Both the position numbers and the translations under genes were made by a program. DNA of 64,000 nucleotides from Lytechinus pictus. Taxonomy: Eukaryota. Shown here one piece after another: positions 25,601-37,527 of this stretch (positions are counted from its first letter, which is position 1; each line of letters starts with the position of its first letter). The DNA lies in NCBI RefSeq assembly GCF_037042905.1, contig NW_026974241.1, positions 1 through 64,000 on the forward strand, read 5' to 3'. The notes under the pieces were generated by a model that made no database searches, was not told the DNA's origin, and was given only the letters and a program-made list of their open reading frames with translations.

Positions 25601-28600
25601 TCATTACTCTATGAAAAAACAAAATACAAAATATAAATCAACATTGCATAACACACAATAGTGATAACATGAAATAACAGTTTGGGGCTGGAACATCAAA
25701 ATAGCCTTTAAATTTAATCAATTTAAATTGGCAGACATGAATATAATAAGTAACCAAGACAAGAGGAATTGTGTTTCAACTTAACCCGTCTTGGCAAAAA
25801 TGCAGATTCTTTATATTTACTTTCTATTTCATGAAATAAAACTAGGCACTTGTGGTCATATGTATCATGGGAACATGAACTAAGGACAGAAAATCAGACC
25901 CACCTGAACCAGCTGAAAATCAACAATCTTGTTGACATTCAATTCTAGGGCAGTGTATACCCCAAACTTTGCAGAATGTCCTGGACTGTCCGCTCTCCCA
26001 TCTCCCCCAATGGTGAGTGGCAGACCCCGTTCACACAGTTCAGTGAGCAGATGGTTCTGTTGCTTCTGCCATTGATTGGTGATAGCTGGATGCAAAACTT
26101 TCTGCTGGTGTCGGAAGAAAGTCCTGCGTGTGTGCGTTGCTACGTTAAAATGCTTCAGCACTCGCAGCGACTCACTGGGGCTCCCGCCAGCAAACAGGAT
26201 TGCCGCTGACAGCTGGAGGTTGCCAGCAGGATAGGGGCCTATCCATGGCTGGCTCTCCCATGTTGTCGACTTCTGGTCACAAGACAGGCACTCCCTTGTC
26301 ACAGAAAGGAGGCTTCCAACTTCCCTCTTTACAAGGGACACATTTGCAGACTTGCAGGATGGGCAAAACTGCAACAGCTCCAAAAGCTTAGACTCGTATA
26401 CAATGTATTTTTTTTCCTTGTGTGGAGGAATACCTTGGGCTGGGGCTTCCCATGTGGCCTTTTTGCTTGATCGCCTTTTCCTGTATTTGAAATAAAAGAC
26501 AAAAAATAAAATTGTTTAGAAATACAAAAAAAATCCTAAAAGACGATGTAAGAATTTCATCAGCCTGCTGTTGCTGTAATATATAAGAAAAATTATCTAA
26601 AATGCTTTATTTATTAAATCACTATGATATGTGTCTGAGGTTTTTCTCAAAAGAATTTACAGTACTAGTATTGATTTTGAACAGGATAATGAAAGAACTA
26701 ACCGTTTTCTCTGTCTTTTTTGTGGCTTGGCAATAACACGCTCATCTGATGATGAAGATGAAGATGATGGTGGTTTGTATCCAGGTGAGGAGGGTTCTGC
26801 GGCGTCACTTTCTGGAGATGATAACCTTTCTTCCTCCGCTTCCTTCGCATCAACTTTCTCTTCTGGTATATCCCCTTTGTCAAAAGAGGTCCCTCTTGAA
26901 ATAAAGGCTGGAATATCGGGTGGTATCTGTGAACCTGTGTTCTGCAGAAGTACAACCCTTTGGGACCCTGAAAATGTCCATGTATATTTTACTTTTACTT
27001 TGGTTGTGAAACAAATTTTCAGACATAGGGGAACACAACATATCTGCAATCCAGGGTGTAAGTTATCTGTGGCCCGGACTACTGCGTAGGACTTATTCTT
27101 CAAGTGGAATTGCAACATTTACACCTTCAAATTGGTACCCGTAACTTATCTTTCTAGCAACATTGTGAATAATATGTGACATACTGAGCATGACTCCTGT
27201 TAATGGTTTTGGTACTGCGCATATGCAAATCAGCAAAATCGCTTGCAAGTATCCAAAAATATACAAGGAACACAGAATGATGCAGTATTCTATTAAATGT
27301 AAATGTATAATAGCTATAGATGTTCATGACTATCATAGCCAAGTTAATTAAACTACATGACACTGATTCTGTCAGATTGGGAATGAATATCAGTAATTCA
27401 ATATTTATAGCCTCAATAAATATATTATCTAGAGCATATGTTTACAAAAACTTTCCACAACTTAGCAGCACCAGCCTCAAAAGGAAAATTGACAATATAG
27501 ATAAACAGATGAAAAATAAACTTACGTTTAACTCTTGTTGCTACAGAGACCTGTATCCCAACAGAGGTTGTATGGCCATGCTGCTGAAATTCCATAGCTG
27601 GATCTTTGAACGGCTGTTAATTGGATATCAATACAGTAGCCAAAATATGCTGAATACATGTACATACCACTACCAGTGACATGCAAAAAAATTATATACA
27701 TAAATAAAGTATGGTTTCCAGCACAAATACTAATCAAAACTACACCTGAATCAATTTTGGGATAAACTGTAATTTCAGTCACAGCCAGGTATGTTAAGAC
27801 TTGGAAGACAAGTATTATGAGTTTTTCATGAACCATATGTCTTGTTTGAATCACATGCATAAAGGTTTTGGTTTCTTTGGAAAGAAAAAAATGTCAATAT
27901 AATTTACATGTATCCTAAATTCTGCTAAATTCATTGTGGTTGATAATTTACTCAATATTATCCCTTATTTGCTGCTAAATTACCTTTTATGTTTGTTTGC
28001 TTTCATGTCTTTTCACGGGGAGGGGGTGCACAATTTGAAAACAAATTTATACCTGTTCATCAAAGGATTCTTCAGACTCAGATGAATGTTCATCTGTCCA
28101 TTGGCTGCATCCTGGCTCATCAGTGTCTGATGGACTTTCCATTGATGCAGGCTCCACTGCTGACCCTTGCTCCTCAGCATCCCTAGCTTCAACAGATGTT
28201 GACAGCAATTCATCCAGCATCTGTGAGAATAATTTAAATAAAAAATGAGAGAAAAATATACACAATAGCCATGTGTTCTTATTTCTAAAATAATAAACTT
28301 AAGGAATTAATAACATATTAACATGCTAATTTCAGCCTTAAGTTTGGGCTGTGTAACATGTATTTTTTTTAATATGAAATAAACCATGATTGAATTGAAT
28401 GGAATTAGAAATCATCTTCCTTCAGATCTATTTTTCATTCAGACCTCAGTTAGATTTCACTACCTACTTTATGATGTATGGCAGTGAGTACAAACTGTTG
28501 CAAAGTCACCCTACATAATTTCATATATGCATTGTATGGAGTAATCATTGGTGGGATAAGAAAGTCCAAATATTACATTTTAAATTTTCAGTACGAGAAA

Positions 28601-31139
28601 TTAGATGTATGCATATTTATGCAAATTGGAGCACCTAATTTGCTTAATTGGTAAAATGAGCATTAAGTATTTATTACAATTATTAAAAATCATAGAAAAT
28701 AAAAAAAGTGAGAAATTAAACATTGGTGGGACATGGAACCTCTAACGCTCTAACATTTTATTATTGAGGGCTATCTATATTAATATGCAAATTAAGTAAT
28801 GTCAAAAGACAAAATGATCTATATGTAATACTTTGGGGACATTTTAAAACTTATTTCCCGGAGTACAATACTTGCATTATTGCATCTTTAGGCAGACTTT
28901 CTGACTTATCAAGTATAAAAATGTAATACCACGAAAATAATCAAAAATACAAATTCGTTTTTTTTTCAAATAAAATTGTCAATTCATTCATTCCACTGTA
29001 TCTTCAACCATGACAATTGAGATGTTTCATTGTATTTATATCTCATTCAACCAAATAACTTAATTTAATTATATTTTGCACATTGTATCTCTACATTAAT
29101 CCCTGTATTGTAATTATTAAATCAATTCAGTTATGTTGTATTTGCTATCACAAAGATAATTTTCATGCCTTATTGTATATCCAAATCAATTCTTATAGAG
29201 CCCAATAGTTCATCCCATTTTCATTATTTCTGTACACTCTTTAAAAAAATTTTATTTCTATCAAAAAAAATTTCTTCTAAAAAATATAGATCTACATGTA
29301 TAGCTCCATGGTATAAACTATTTCTACAATCATTATTGTGAATCTTTTAACTCTGTATATTATTGCATGAACAATTTTGTCCAAACTTATAATATCATGT
29401 TGTTTAGAAGGTTCCTTTCATGCAGATTTGTTTACCCTTCTCATGACTTTGTAAAACAAACACTGAATTGAATTCATTTCTTTTCCATTAAAATATACAA
29501 AATCAAGACAAAGAAACATTACAAAACATAAAAATGAGACAATATACAATATGATATTAGGCCTGGAATCTGGATCTGGAATAAAAAAAAAAACTTTTTG
29601 GCTTTTTAAAAAAAAGGTAAAAATAATCTAACGTTTTAATTCCCAGGGTAGCCACTTCAGTTAGGAAACTGTTCTACCACCGGGCCCTGCATAACATAAT
29701 AATTAATACCTGAATGTAATTGTAATTATTATCCTTCTCCAATCTAAATGCTGAGTGCCTAGTATTTTAGTAAGGCAGGAGGTCCCTTTTTTAATGACTC
29801 GGTCGGGTATCGAACCCAAGACCTCCCGTTCATGAGGCAGGCGCTTTACCACTAGAGCCACCATACCCCCAAAAGAGTTTGTATATTTCCTTACTTGAGA
29901 AATGAACCACAATGGCACAAACAACTGAAACAAGAAAACTTTTAGACCTAACGTTGGGCCTACTGTACCTCTTCACAGCACTAGCCACGTACTACAATGT
30001 AGATCCTGTCTTGAAATACAACTCACAATTAATAGGATTTCTAATTCGCAACAGAAATTTAGAATTCGTAGACCTGTTTCCAATGTCATGAATGTGGAGC
30101 CTGGACTCTTGAGGAAAGTTTGAGGATCACTTCAATTTCCTTTTTTATTTTCGAGGCGTATCCTATGGCAAGTTCCCCCAAGTCTACGCACACGCGTATC
30201 AGCGCAATTCTAGTAAAAGAAGATACGCAACGAGCACGAGCTCTACACATGCAATACCTAGCCATAGCCTAGGTCTACAGGCTGACAGGTATTTAAAAAA
30301 AAATCTGACTCAAAATGATGGATTTAGGGCATTTCATGTGACGGCATCAAAATGCAGCCTTTCTCATCAAAATCCCCGAATCGTGTGCAAAGATTGAGTG
30401 CGCAGACATGGGCTCGGGGTAGGCCTACCATTTTTTGACAAATCTGAAAATTACAGTAGGCCTACGAGGTTTTTCCAAGAAAATCCTATAGGCCTATTTT
30501 CTTTCATTTTTTTAATGAGAAATTTAGTACAATTACTAAAATACTAATAATAATATAAGGAACATTATTAACGGAAAGATTTTGTTAATAAATAATAAGA
30601 AGAAATTCATGTTAATCTAAACTCAAATTGTTTGATGCGCAGACTTGGGGCCCACCATCATAAACACCTTCAAAATAAAAAATAAATAAAATAAGGAAAT
30701 TGACGTGATCCTCACACTTTCCGTCGTTGAACTTGAACTGACTGACCACAACAATTGCAAAGATAAACTTTAAACAAAGTCTATTACTAATAGATAATAT
30801 GCTCACCCTCATTTTCTTTCGTTTGTCCGCTGCTGTCCGTGACCCACTCCTCTTTACTTGCATTGATGACCCACTCTTTATTTTAGGCACAGCGTCGGGC
30901 TTCAGCCGCCGGGTCCTCTTCATGCCAAAAGCAGCATGCAACCCGTCATCAAAATCCGCATCTTCGAAGTGGCTACTGCACACCACGCTCCAGTCACTGG
31001 GGCCGCTCCAATTTGCTCGGGTCAACTTCACTTTCGAGACCCATATTCTGCGTAAATTTGCATCTTTGGGAAACAAATGCAAGCTGGCACCATCCTTCGT
31101 AGTGTTGCTGCAACCTCCGACGATGCATCTCGCCGGCAT
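22630..31139 (-). CDS. Kolobok-type transposase: THAP + C4 zinc finger + DDE nuclease (783 aa, 10 exons)
   Basis: Exons 31139-30807, 28220-28053, 27613-27526, 26967-26703, 26480-25904, 25608-25422, 24929-24672, 24392-24221, 23289-23141, 22784-22630 (TAA); all GT-AG, 2352 nt open. THAP: CIVGGC..FP..W..CSSHF..AVP. C4 finger: CPSC..CLSC. Catalytic motifs: GDGRADSPGHSAKFG, LVTDRH, DVWH, TSSLESYHS. Also NHxxxxH..CLH. The low-complexity exons 2-4 are the least certain. Confidence 0.88.
23606..24002. mobile_element. hAT-like MITE in transposase intron 8
   Basis: 8-bp TSD CCTCTTAC (23598-23605 and 24003-24010); TIR cactagcgtaccta / taggtacgccactg; internal gaagacc-poly(T) repeats. Confidence 0.8.
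29643..29866 (-). mobile_element. tRNA-derived SINE in transposase intron 1
   Basis: Minus-strand A box tggctctagtgg and B box ggttcgataccc, followed by a non-tRNA body. Confidence 0.7.
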
Positions 31140-31286
31140 CTTGATATTATCGCAAATATCACAAATGTACAAAACTTTTCCAAAAAGAACTCGGTAAACT
31201 TTCTCAACAATACAGCGCTACAATACGTAAACATAATAGACGAAAACTTTTTACGTGCGCGATGATCGAGTTTGCAGAGCTGCCAG

Positions 31287-31357
31287 ATTCCCTTGATGAC
31301 GTATAGTCACGTGACTAGCGAGCTCGAGAGTTTTCGATCTTTTTCTGGAGGCGGGGC
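31287..31357 (-). promoter_or_regulatory. Putative transposase promoter
   Basis: 16-bp mirror motif (31287-31302), perfect palindrome TAGTCACGTGACTA (E-box/CLEAR-like, 31304-31317) and GC box GAGGCGGGGC (31348-31357), ~150-220 bp upstream of ATG 31139. Confidence 0.5.
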
Positions 31358-34300
31358 TTATGAGCGTGAGAAACTATGAAATTAACTTCTAAAACCAGCA
31401 ATATCTTATTAATCCTAGATAAATAAATCATATTAATAATGTTAAAATTCTTAGAAAAACAATTGAAAACTAATAAGAGCAAAATATAGTTGCATGACTC
31501 AGAACCTTTAAGCCTCCCACCTCTCCAACTACTCAAGCTTCTCAACTCTTTCTGATTTCCAGTCCTTTTGAGAAATACACTCATTTCCGAAAATTACTCT
31601 ACTTTCTAACCTCCACTTTCTCGCCTATCCATTTTAATTCTACCTCTATTCTGCATTTTTACTTTTCTTTTTTTGTGTGTGTGTGTTTAAAAAAAAATTG
31701 TCCTCCACATCACATGGACATTGCCTCTTGGTTGATTTGAAGAAAATCTTCCGGGGTGGGTGGGAAGGGTTAATTTAGCCGCATATGACACGTACTCTCT
31801 ACTACACAATTGGCAGAAGTTTACATTTTATGTGTAAGTTGGGGAGTTGCCAATTTAGTCATACTATTTTCACTGATTAAAGGTAATTAAAAGTACCTGT
31901 CAGAGACCTTTAACGCCTACATATTTGTCCTTGATTTCTTTAACCTTTACGTTTGTTTCGTGACCATCAAACCTCAACGACTTTATTTGATTTGTGGTTT
32001 TTTTTCTATATCAACTACTCAAGGAAAAGATTTGCTCAGTGAAGCAGAGATATAAAATTGATAATATCCCATAGGTATAAGAGGGAGTCAAATACTTAAA
32101 ACAATAATATCATTGTCGCTATAAGCATAGGACGGGAAATAAAATATAAGAGCGTTTTCATAAGTTTTCTGTGTATACAATTTACATGTTATATATAATC
32201 AAGTTTTAAACAGAGATGCAGAATGAAATGTAATTGGACAGATTACACAATCAAGGTAATGGAATTACAATAAATGTCGATCCATAAACATGAGTAAAAA
32301 AAATCCTTACTAATTTATAAGCTACCTCAATGTCATTCAAAACTTTAATTAGAGGACTGGTGACGTTTCAGCTGAGTCTATATATTAATAAATAGCTGAG
32401 TCTATATATTGATAAATAGGTTTTTAAGAAAAAGCAAGGAGATACGACCTCTAAACCCCCTTGGAATAAGGCAGTAGCGCAATTAGCCCATAATAAATTT
32501 AGGCGGCAAGACATGGTGTATGGGGCCCAATTAAAAAAAGTTGCGATTGAGTGAAGCGAGCGAGCAAAAATGTTGACCTGTTTCAATACAAAAATCTAAT
32601 TTTGTTATATATTTTGACTTATTCAGAGAAATAATATCATTTTTCCTTTCATTCCCCTTTCTTTCTCTTTCCCTTTTTTTCTTGGTCGTCATGTTTTTTA
32701 GGGCGGATTCATGGCCCGAGCCCCCCTTCCCATCTTTACGCAAGTGGATTAAGCACCCCTTATTTCAATTTTCTAATAATTGTTAAAGATCATGTTATCA
32801 TAAAACGGCAAAGAAGATCATCCAGAAGCATGAGAAGTATAAGCAATAAAATTGTTCACTATGAGGGACATTCTGTATTCCATTCAAAGAAAAATGACAA
32901 TACATAATGTTATGATATTGATAATATATTATCACTGAATAACATTTCATGTATCATTTGAATGTCGTTAACTATTAAAGAGTTTATGTAATGGAAATGA
33001 CCATGAAAACCTACAAGTTAGAGTGCTTCTAATTTTCTGGTCAATTTTTCAAAAGATTTCAGTTCGCGCTTTGGGTTCTTATTAATATTTACATGTACAT
33101 AGTACCTAGTCTTGTTGTAGAAATGAGCTTAAAAAAAAAAGATCAGCTGGAAGGATTGACCCCCCCCCCGCTGGCCTTCATATGTGGGGCTTGGGACCCC
33201 CCAAAAAAAAATGAATGAAGGAGAATTTTTGCTCGCTCATTCGCAACTTTTTATAAATTTTGCCCTTTATAAAATTATTATGCTAACCCTTAAAAATTTT
33301 TGCTTAAAAATAAGCAGCAATTACTTTAGAATGGATACAATTTTCATCACACTGGATAAATAAAAATGCCCAAAAGAAATGCCCAATGTTGTTTGGACAC
33401 AAAATTACCCTCATGGAGCCACTGACCCCCCCCCCCCTCTAAATAAAAAAAAATCCCTCAGAGAAAATTTGTATCAGTCATCCCCCCCCCCGCTACCATG
33501 AACACCGATCGACACCCATACTTCAGTCGCCAACCGACCACGTACAAAATAACAAGCCCTTTGAATACATACCCTTATTCAAATATAATTTCAGAAAGAC
33601 TGATGCCTGATACAAAAGAACATCTTGCATGCTGAACCACCTGCTGAACCGGATCCAATTTACGAAAGAAAAGAAAATCGTTACCTTGTAAAATGATTTA
33701 CCACTATCAGGGAATGCTTGTTTGCTGTATGAATTTCATCACGTACACTTACTTCATGGGCTGGTGCGTTTTATATGCTATCCTACCACCAATCTACGTA
33801 CGGGTGAACTTTCTCACGATAAAACACCATTATTTTCCAAACTTCCAAATAAAGCATCTATTTGTTTATCAATTTTTTTCAAATCGTATGTGGTTGATAA
33901 ACTTCTTGCGAATCAAGTAAATGTCAATAAATGTGGTCAGCGTTTACGCACTTGCCATTCTTAATTATAAATAGATTGATTTGTTTTGACAGGTGTTTAT
34001 TGCTATCTGAAACAGCCCCCCCCAAAAAAAAAAAAAAATGTCAATCAATTTCGTCGAAAGTTGGTGGACTGGGATAGCAGATCATCTGAAGATTTGCACC
34101 GGACAAACAATTGCAAATAATTATGTCGTTGCACATGTGCAAGAGATTCCAATGCAGTCCCGGTCTACCAACTTTCGATAAAAGCCTCCCAGCTCTCCAT
34201 TGTGATTTAACTTGCATTTTCAAAGGAATTGGTGCGTTGTAGAGAGTTCCCCCGTAGTAAATGCGAAAACTCTCTATTTTCTCCTTTAAGAATTAAAATT

Positions 34301-34619
34301 AAGTGTCAAATTATAATATAAAAGATGTACTTATCATAAATTTAAAATCTTACCACGATAATTCCAACTTTCGATTTTCCTGGAAGCAAAATCCTCAAAA
34401 CCATCAAAAACTTTTCCCTTTGGTTAATTACAGAATTATCACCTCAACGATCTTTTCCTTGCTATTCCCGGGCTAATCACGTGAGCGAGAAAAGAAACCA
34501 AACCAATAACTTCACGACAGAGTATATTTCCTTTTATAAAATCACCACAATGCACTGGACGGTCTCGAGGTATATTCATAATGATATAAGTGAATCCAGA
34601 CATAATGATCTCAGTGAAA

Positions 34620-34815
34620 CAAAAATAATAATTCCAATGGAAACTTTTCGCATCAATGTTAGAAGTTTAAAATCGCTCCATTTCCCGATACCCACTTTCT
34701 TGCAAAGAACCTCAATTCCAGATGAGCAGAGCATGCGCAAATTCTCAGACATGCTTTTGAGAGACTCATCAGAGAGTGAGAATACATGGTTTACCGTAAA
34801 TTCACTACACTCTTG
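34620..34815 (+). pseudogene. LINE apurinic endonuclease N-terminal fragment (degenerate)
   Basis: INVRSL and SENTWF resemble the APE motifs NxRSL and xETW. Confidence 0.45.
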
Positions 34816-34994
34816 AGTTTTGTTCACTGTTCGTAGAATTCCTATACTTCTTTCCTCCACTTTCTCTTCTCTCCCAGATCGGTAGCAGTCAGATCATTTG
34901 TGGGGTAAATCTGGAGGCCTTTCAGCAGTTCCAGGGCTTGTTTACTTTCCTTCAGGAATCAGGATTCTTATTTTGTCCCGATATGAGAGTATCT

Positions 34995-35268
34995 TCACAA
35001 GCACATGTGGTGGTATATATATTAAGAATAGCAAAGGCCCTAACACTGTACCTTGGGGGACGCCCGATCTTACTGGAACAGAGGCTGATGCTTTGCCTTC
35101 TAATACTACCCTCTGAGACCGTTTAGTAAGGAAGTTTCTAATCCATATTTGAAGGGGTCCTGTGATGCCTGATTGGTTTAGCCTAAGAAGAAGTCTCTGG
35201 TGAGGGACAGTGTCAAAGACCTTGTTGAAGTCAGTTATGATAACATCTACTTGACCCTGGTGATACAA
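34995..35268 (-). pseudogene. CR1/L2-clade LINE reverse transcriptase fragment
   Basis: QVDVIITDFNKVFDTVPHQRLL...WIRNFLTKRSQRVVLEG...SGVPQGTVLGPLLFLIYI; truncated before the YADD motif. Confidence 0.88.
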
Positions 35269-37199
35269 AGCTCAGAATCTTAAGACTATCTGCTGTCCCG
35301 GTTCACCAAAGTCCTACCTCTCAGCTGTCATTGTGGTTTGATGGGCATTTTCATTAGTTTTTGTATGTTGTAGAATCCGTCTCCGTTGCGATTGCGAAAA
35401 CTCGCTATTGGTGGTGAATACAATGACATGAAATTTGATAGGAGAAATTTCGGAGGGTCTACGGGAAAGCGTTTCTCTCGCTATGTATACATCAAAATTT
35501 CACTGTCATGTCGTTTCACCAAAATAATGGGGTTTTTTAATCTAATTTTAGATTCAAATAACTTTTCATTGTGGAAAAAAGAAAAAAAAAGAGGAAAAGG
35601 GGGAGGGGAACAGAAGAAAATAGAATGGTGAAGAGTTTACAAATAGAGAGGCCGGACATATTTATTATTCAACAGAGGAGAAGAAAAGTCACTTTGAGGA
35701 CACCCCCCCCCCCCCCGCCGCTTCTCCCATCTCAACCATCATCAATACAATCTGGCATCACTAAGTCTGGGGCTGCTTTACAAATTAAAAAAAACAGAAC
35801 AGATTAAAGAGATTTGAATATTAACCCTCAATTTAACTGTATACAACATGTTTATATATTCTTTATATGGTGTCTCAATGGCAGAAATTTATTCACTTCA
35901 CGTGATAATAATTATGATTAATCTGCATATTTTAACAAATGAATTTCGTATTCTATGTCATTCAGTTTTATTTAGGAGAACCTATATTTACAAGCTATGC
36001 TTTCCAGGAGGTCCCCCATTTGATTTCAATATTTTGTCTTATTTTGTACCGTAATCGAATTTGGAATGAAATAAAACCTTTATCAATCAACCCGTAAATA
36101 TTATCCATTTATCTCTTTTGTGTGGTGACATAAGTTTTATGATGATATATATCATAATCATCTTTCGGTTAAAAAACTTGGATGAACTTCCTCCATTTAG
36201 ACTACTCTTTGACACCACATTGTGCTATCACTTGATTGTTCTCCTGCCTTAAAGCACATATTTGATCAGTTCTATTCAGTGAATTTGGTGTCAGCGTACA
36301 AAACATGACTATTTGCGTAGCTCACGACATACCTTCATAACATCACATGTACGAGGTAAACATGGAACATTCATTTGCAAGGTCACAGTAAAAGTGCACA
36401 TAATGGTATGCACATTAGTTATGACTGTATAAAGGTGAATAATGAAGTCATAAGGGACTTCTTATACATATCAGCAAGAATATAATAATATAACGGAATA
36501 AAGGACGTATAACAGCGCTGCTTAAAAAGAGAGCTTAATTCATAATTATGCAACATTGCTCATAGAGCGCTGAAAAATTCTGATCGAGTAATACTAGGTC
36601 CTACAAGTCATTATAATTAAATTGATTTCGACTACCCTCGCGAAATGCGATAGCAAGGGGATTACAAGAAATGCTCCATGGTGCTAGGTGGTTCTGTCCC
36701 AAAACTCGTTTAAGGCATTATGGGAGAAGGGTAAATAGGCAAATACTTTGAATACAAGTTAAAGAGAAGAAGTCACCCGGGTTTATTTAAAGGTTTAATG
36801 CTGTTTAGATTGTTATTGACCAAGTGACTTATCAAGTTAGTCCAAAGAGAATGAGAGAAAGTAGTCATATTATGAGGGACATGAGCTTGCAAATACTGGA
36901 CTTACGTGGGATTTCAATTGGTGACGGATCCTAATTCACGTTTCATAAAATATGAAAGGCAACATGTGCAAACACTCTATGATAAATACTATTGATCAAT
37001 CAAGGAAGGCCAACGTGTATCAGCAATCGAAGTCAAACACATTATTTCCATTTAATATATTTTAAGTTTATCTTTCATCATGTTCATAGCGGGTTTTTCT
37101 CCATTGTCGATGCATTGTAAAGCCTGATTTGTAATGACCAAATATATTTGATTTCTATATAACTTTCCACGCTAATTTGTTAAATATAAATTTGTTTGT

Positions 37200-37470
37200 G
37201 GAGCGTTGTGGCCCATTGGATGAGTCTTCGGATTTTGAAACAGAGGGTCGTGGGTTCGAATCCCAGCCATGGCGTAATTTCCTTCGACAAGAAATTTATC
37301 CACATTGTACTGCACTCGACCCAGGTGAGGTGAATGGGTACCCGGTAGGATTTATTCCTTGAACGCTTTAGCGCCTATTAATATGGCGGCTTAGCTGCAG
37401 CCGGGGTAATAACATGATATCAAGTATCAAAGCGCAGTTGAGTATATGCACATAGTTACTGCGCTATATA
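37200..37470 (+). mobile_element. tRNA-derived SINE
   Basis: A box tggcccattgg; B box ggttcgaatcc (37253-37263); core ctcgacccaggtgaggtgaatgggtacccggtagg. Confidence 0.8.
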
Positions 37471-37527
37471 AATGGACATATTTATCATTAAGGCAATTGT
37501 ATTGATTCGTTGTGCTTAAGTATAAAA

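Larger units (their letters stand above)
16975..31507 (-). mobile_element. Kolobok-superfamily DNA transposon, autonomous-type, ~14.5 kb; left terminus degenerate
   Basis: Convergent THAP-DDE transposase and KolX-type genes. The right end reads inward TTAA|AGGTTCTGAGTCATGCAACT (TTAA at 31508-31511). A 16-bp subterminal inverted repeat lies at 17171-17186 and 31287-31302. A left TTAA is at 16971-16974, but no TIR match follows it, so the left boundary is approximate. Confidence 0.8.

Noticed and set aside
26631-27089. 152-aa plus-strand ORF
   Set aside because: It is the antisense shadow of transposase exon 4. Most other short ORFs in the track are likewise shadows or chance ORFs in AT-rich DNA.
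30612-31172. Stand-alone host THAP gene or P-element/THAP9
   Set aside because: The THAP exon splices in frame to a Kolobok-type DDE region, and the element end is TTAA-flanked rather than carrying an 8-bp TSD.
31843-31858. gagttgccaa as an alternative right TIR matching ttggcaaactc at the left junction
   Set aside because: Short gapped match with no TTAA or extended symmetry; the AGG/TTAA end at 31507 fits better.
37200-37275. tRNA gene (also 29790-29866 and ~2440-2520)
   Set aside because: A/B boxes are present but there is no clean cloverleaf or terminator; the first two continue into SINE bodies.
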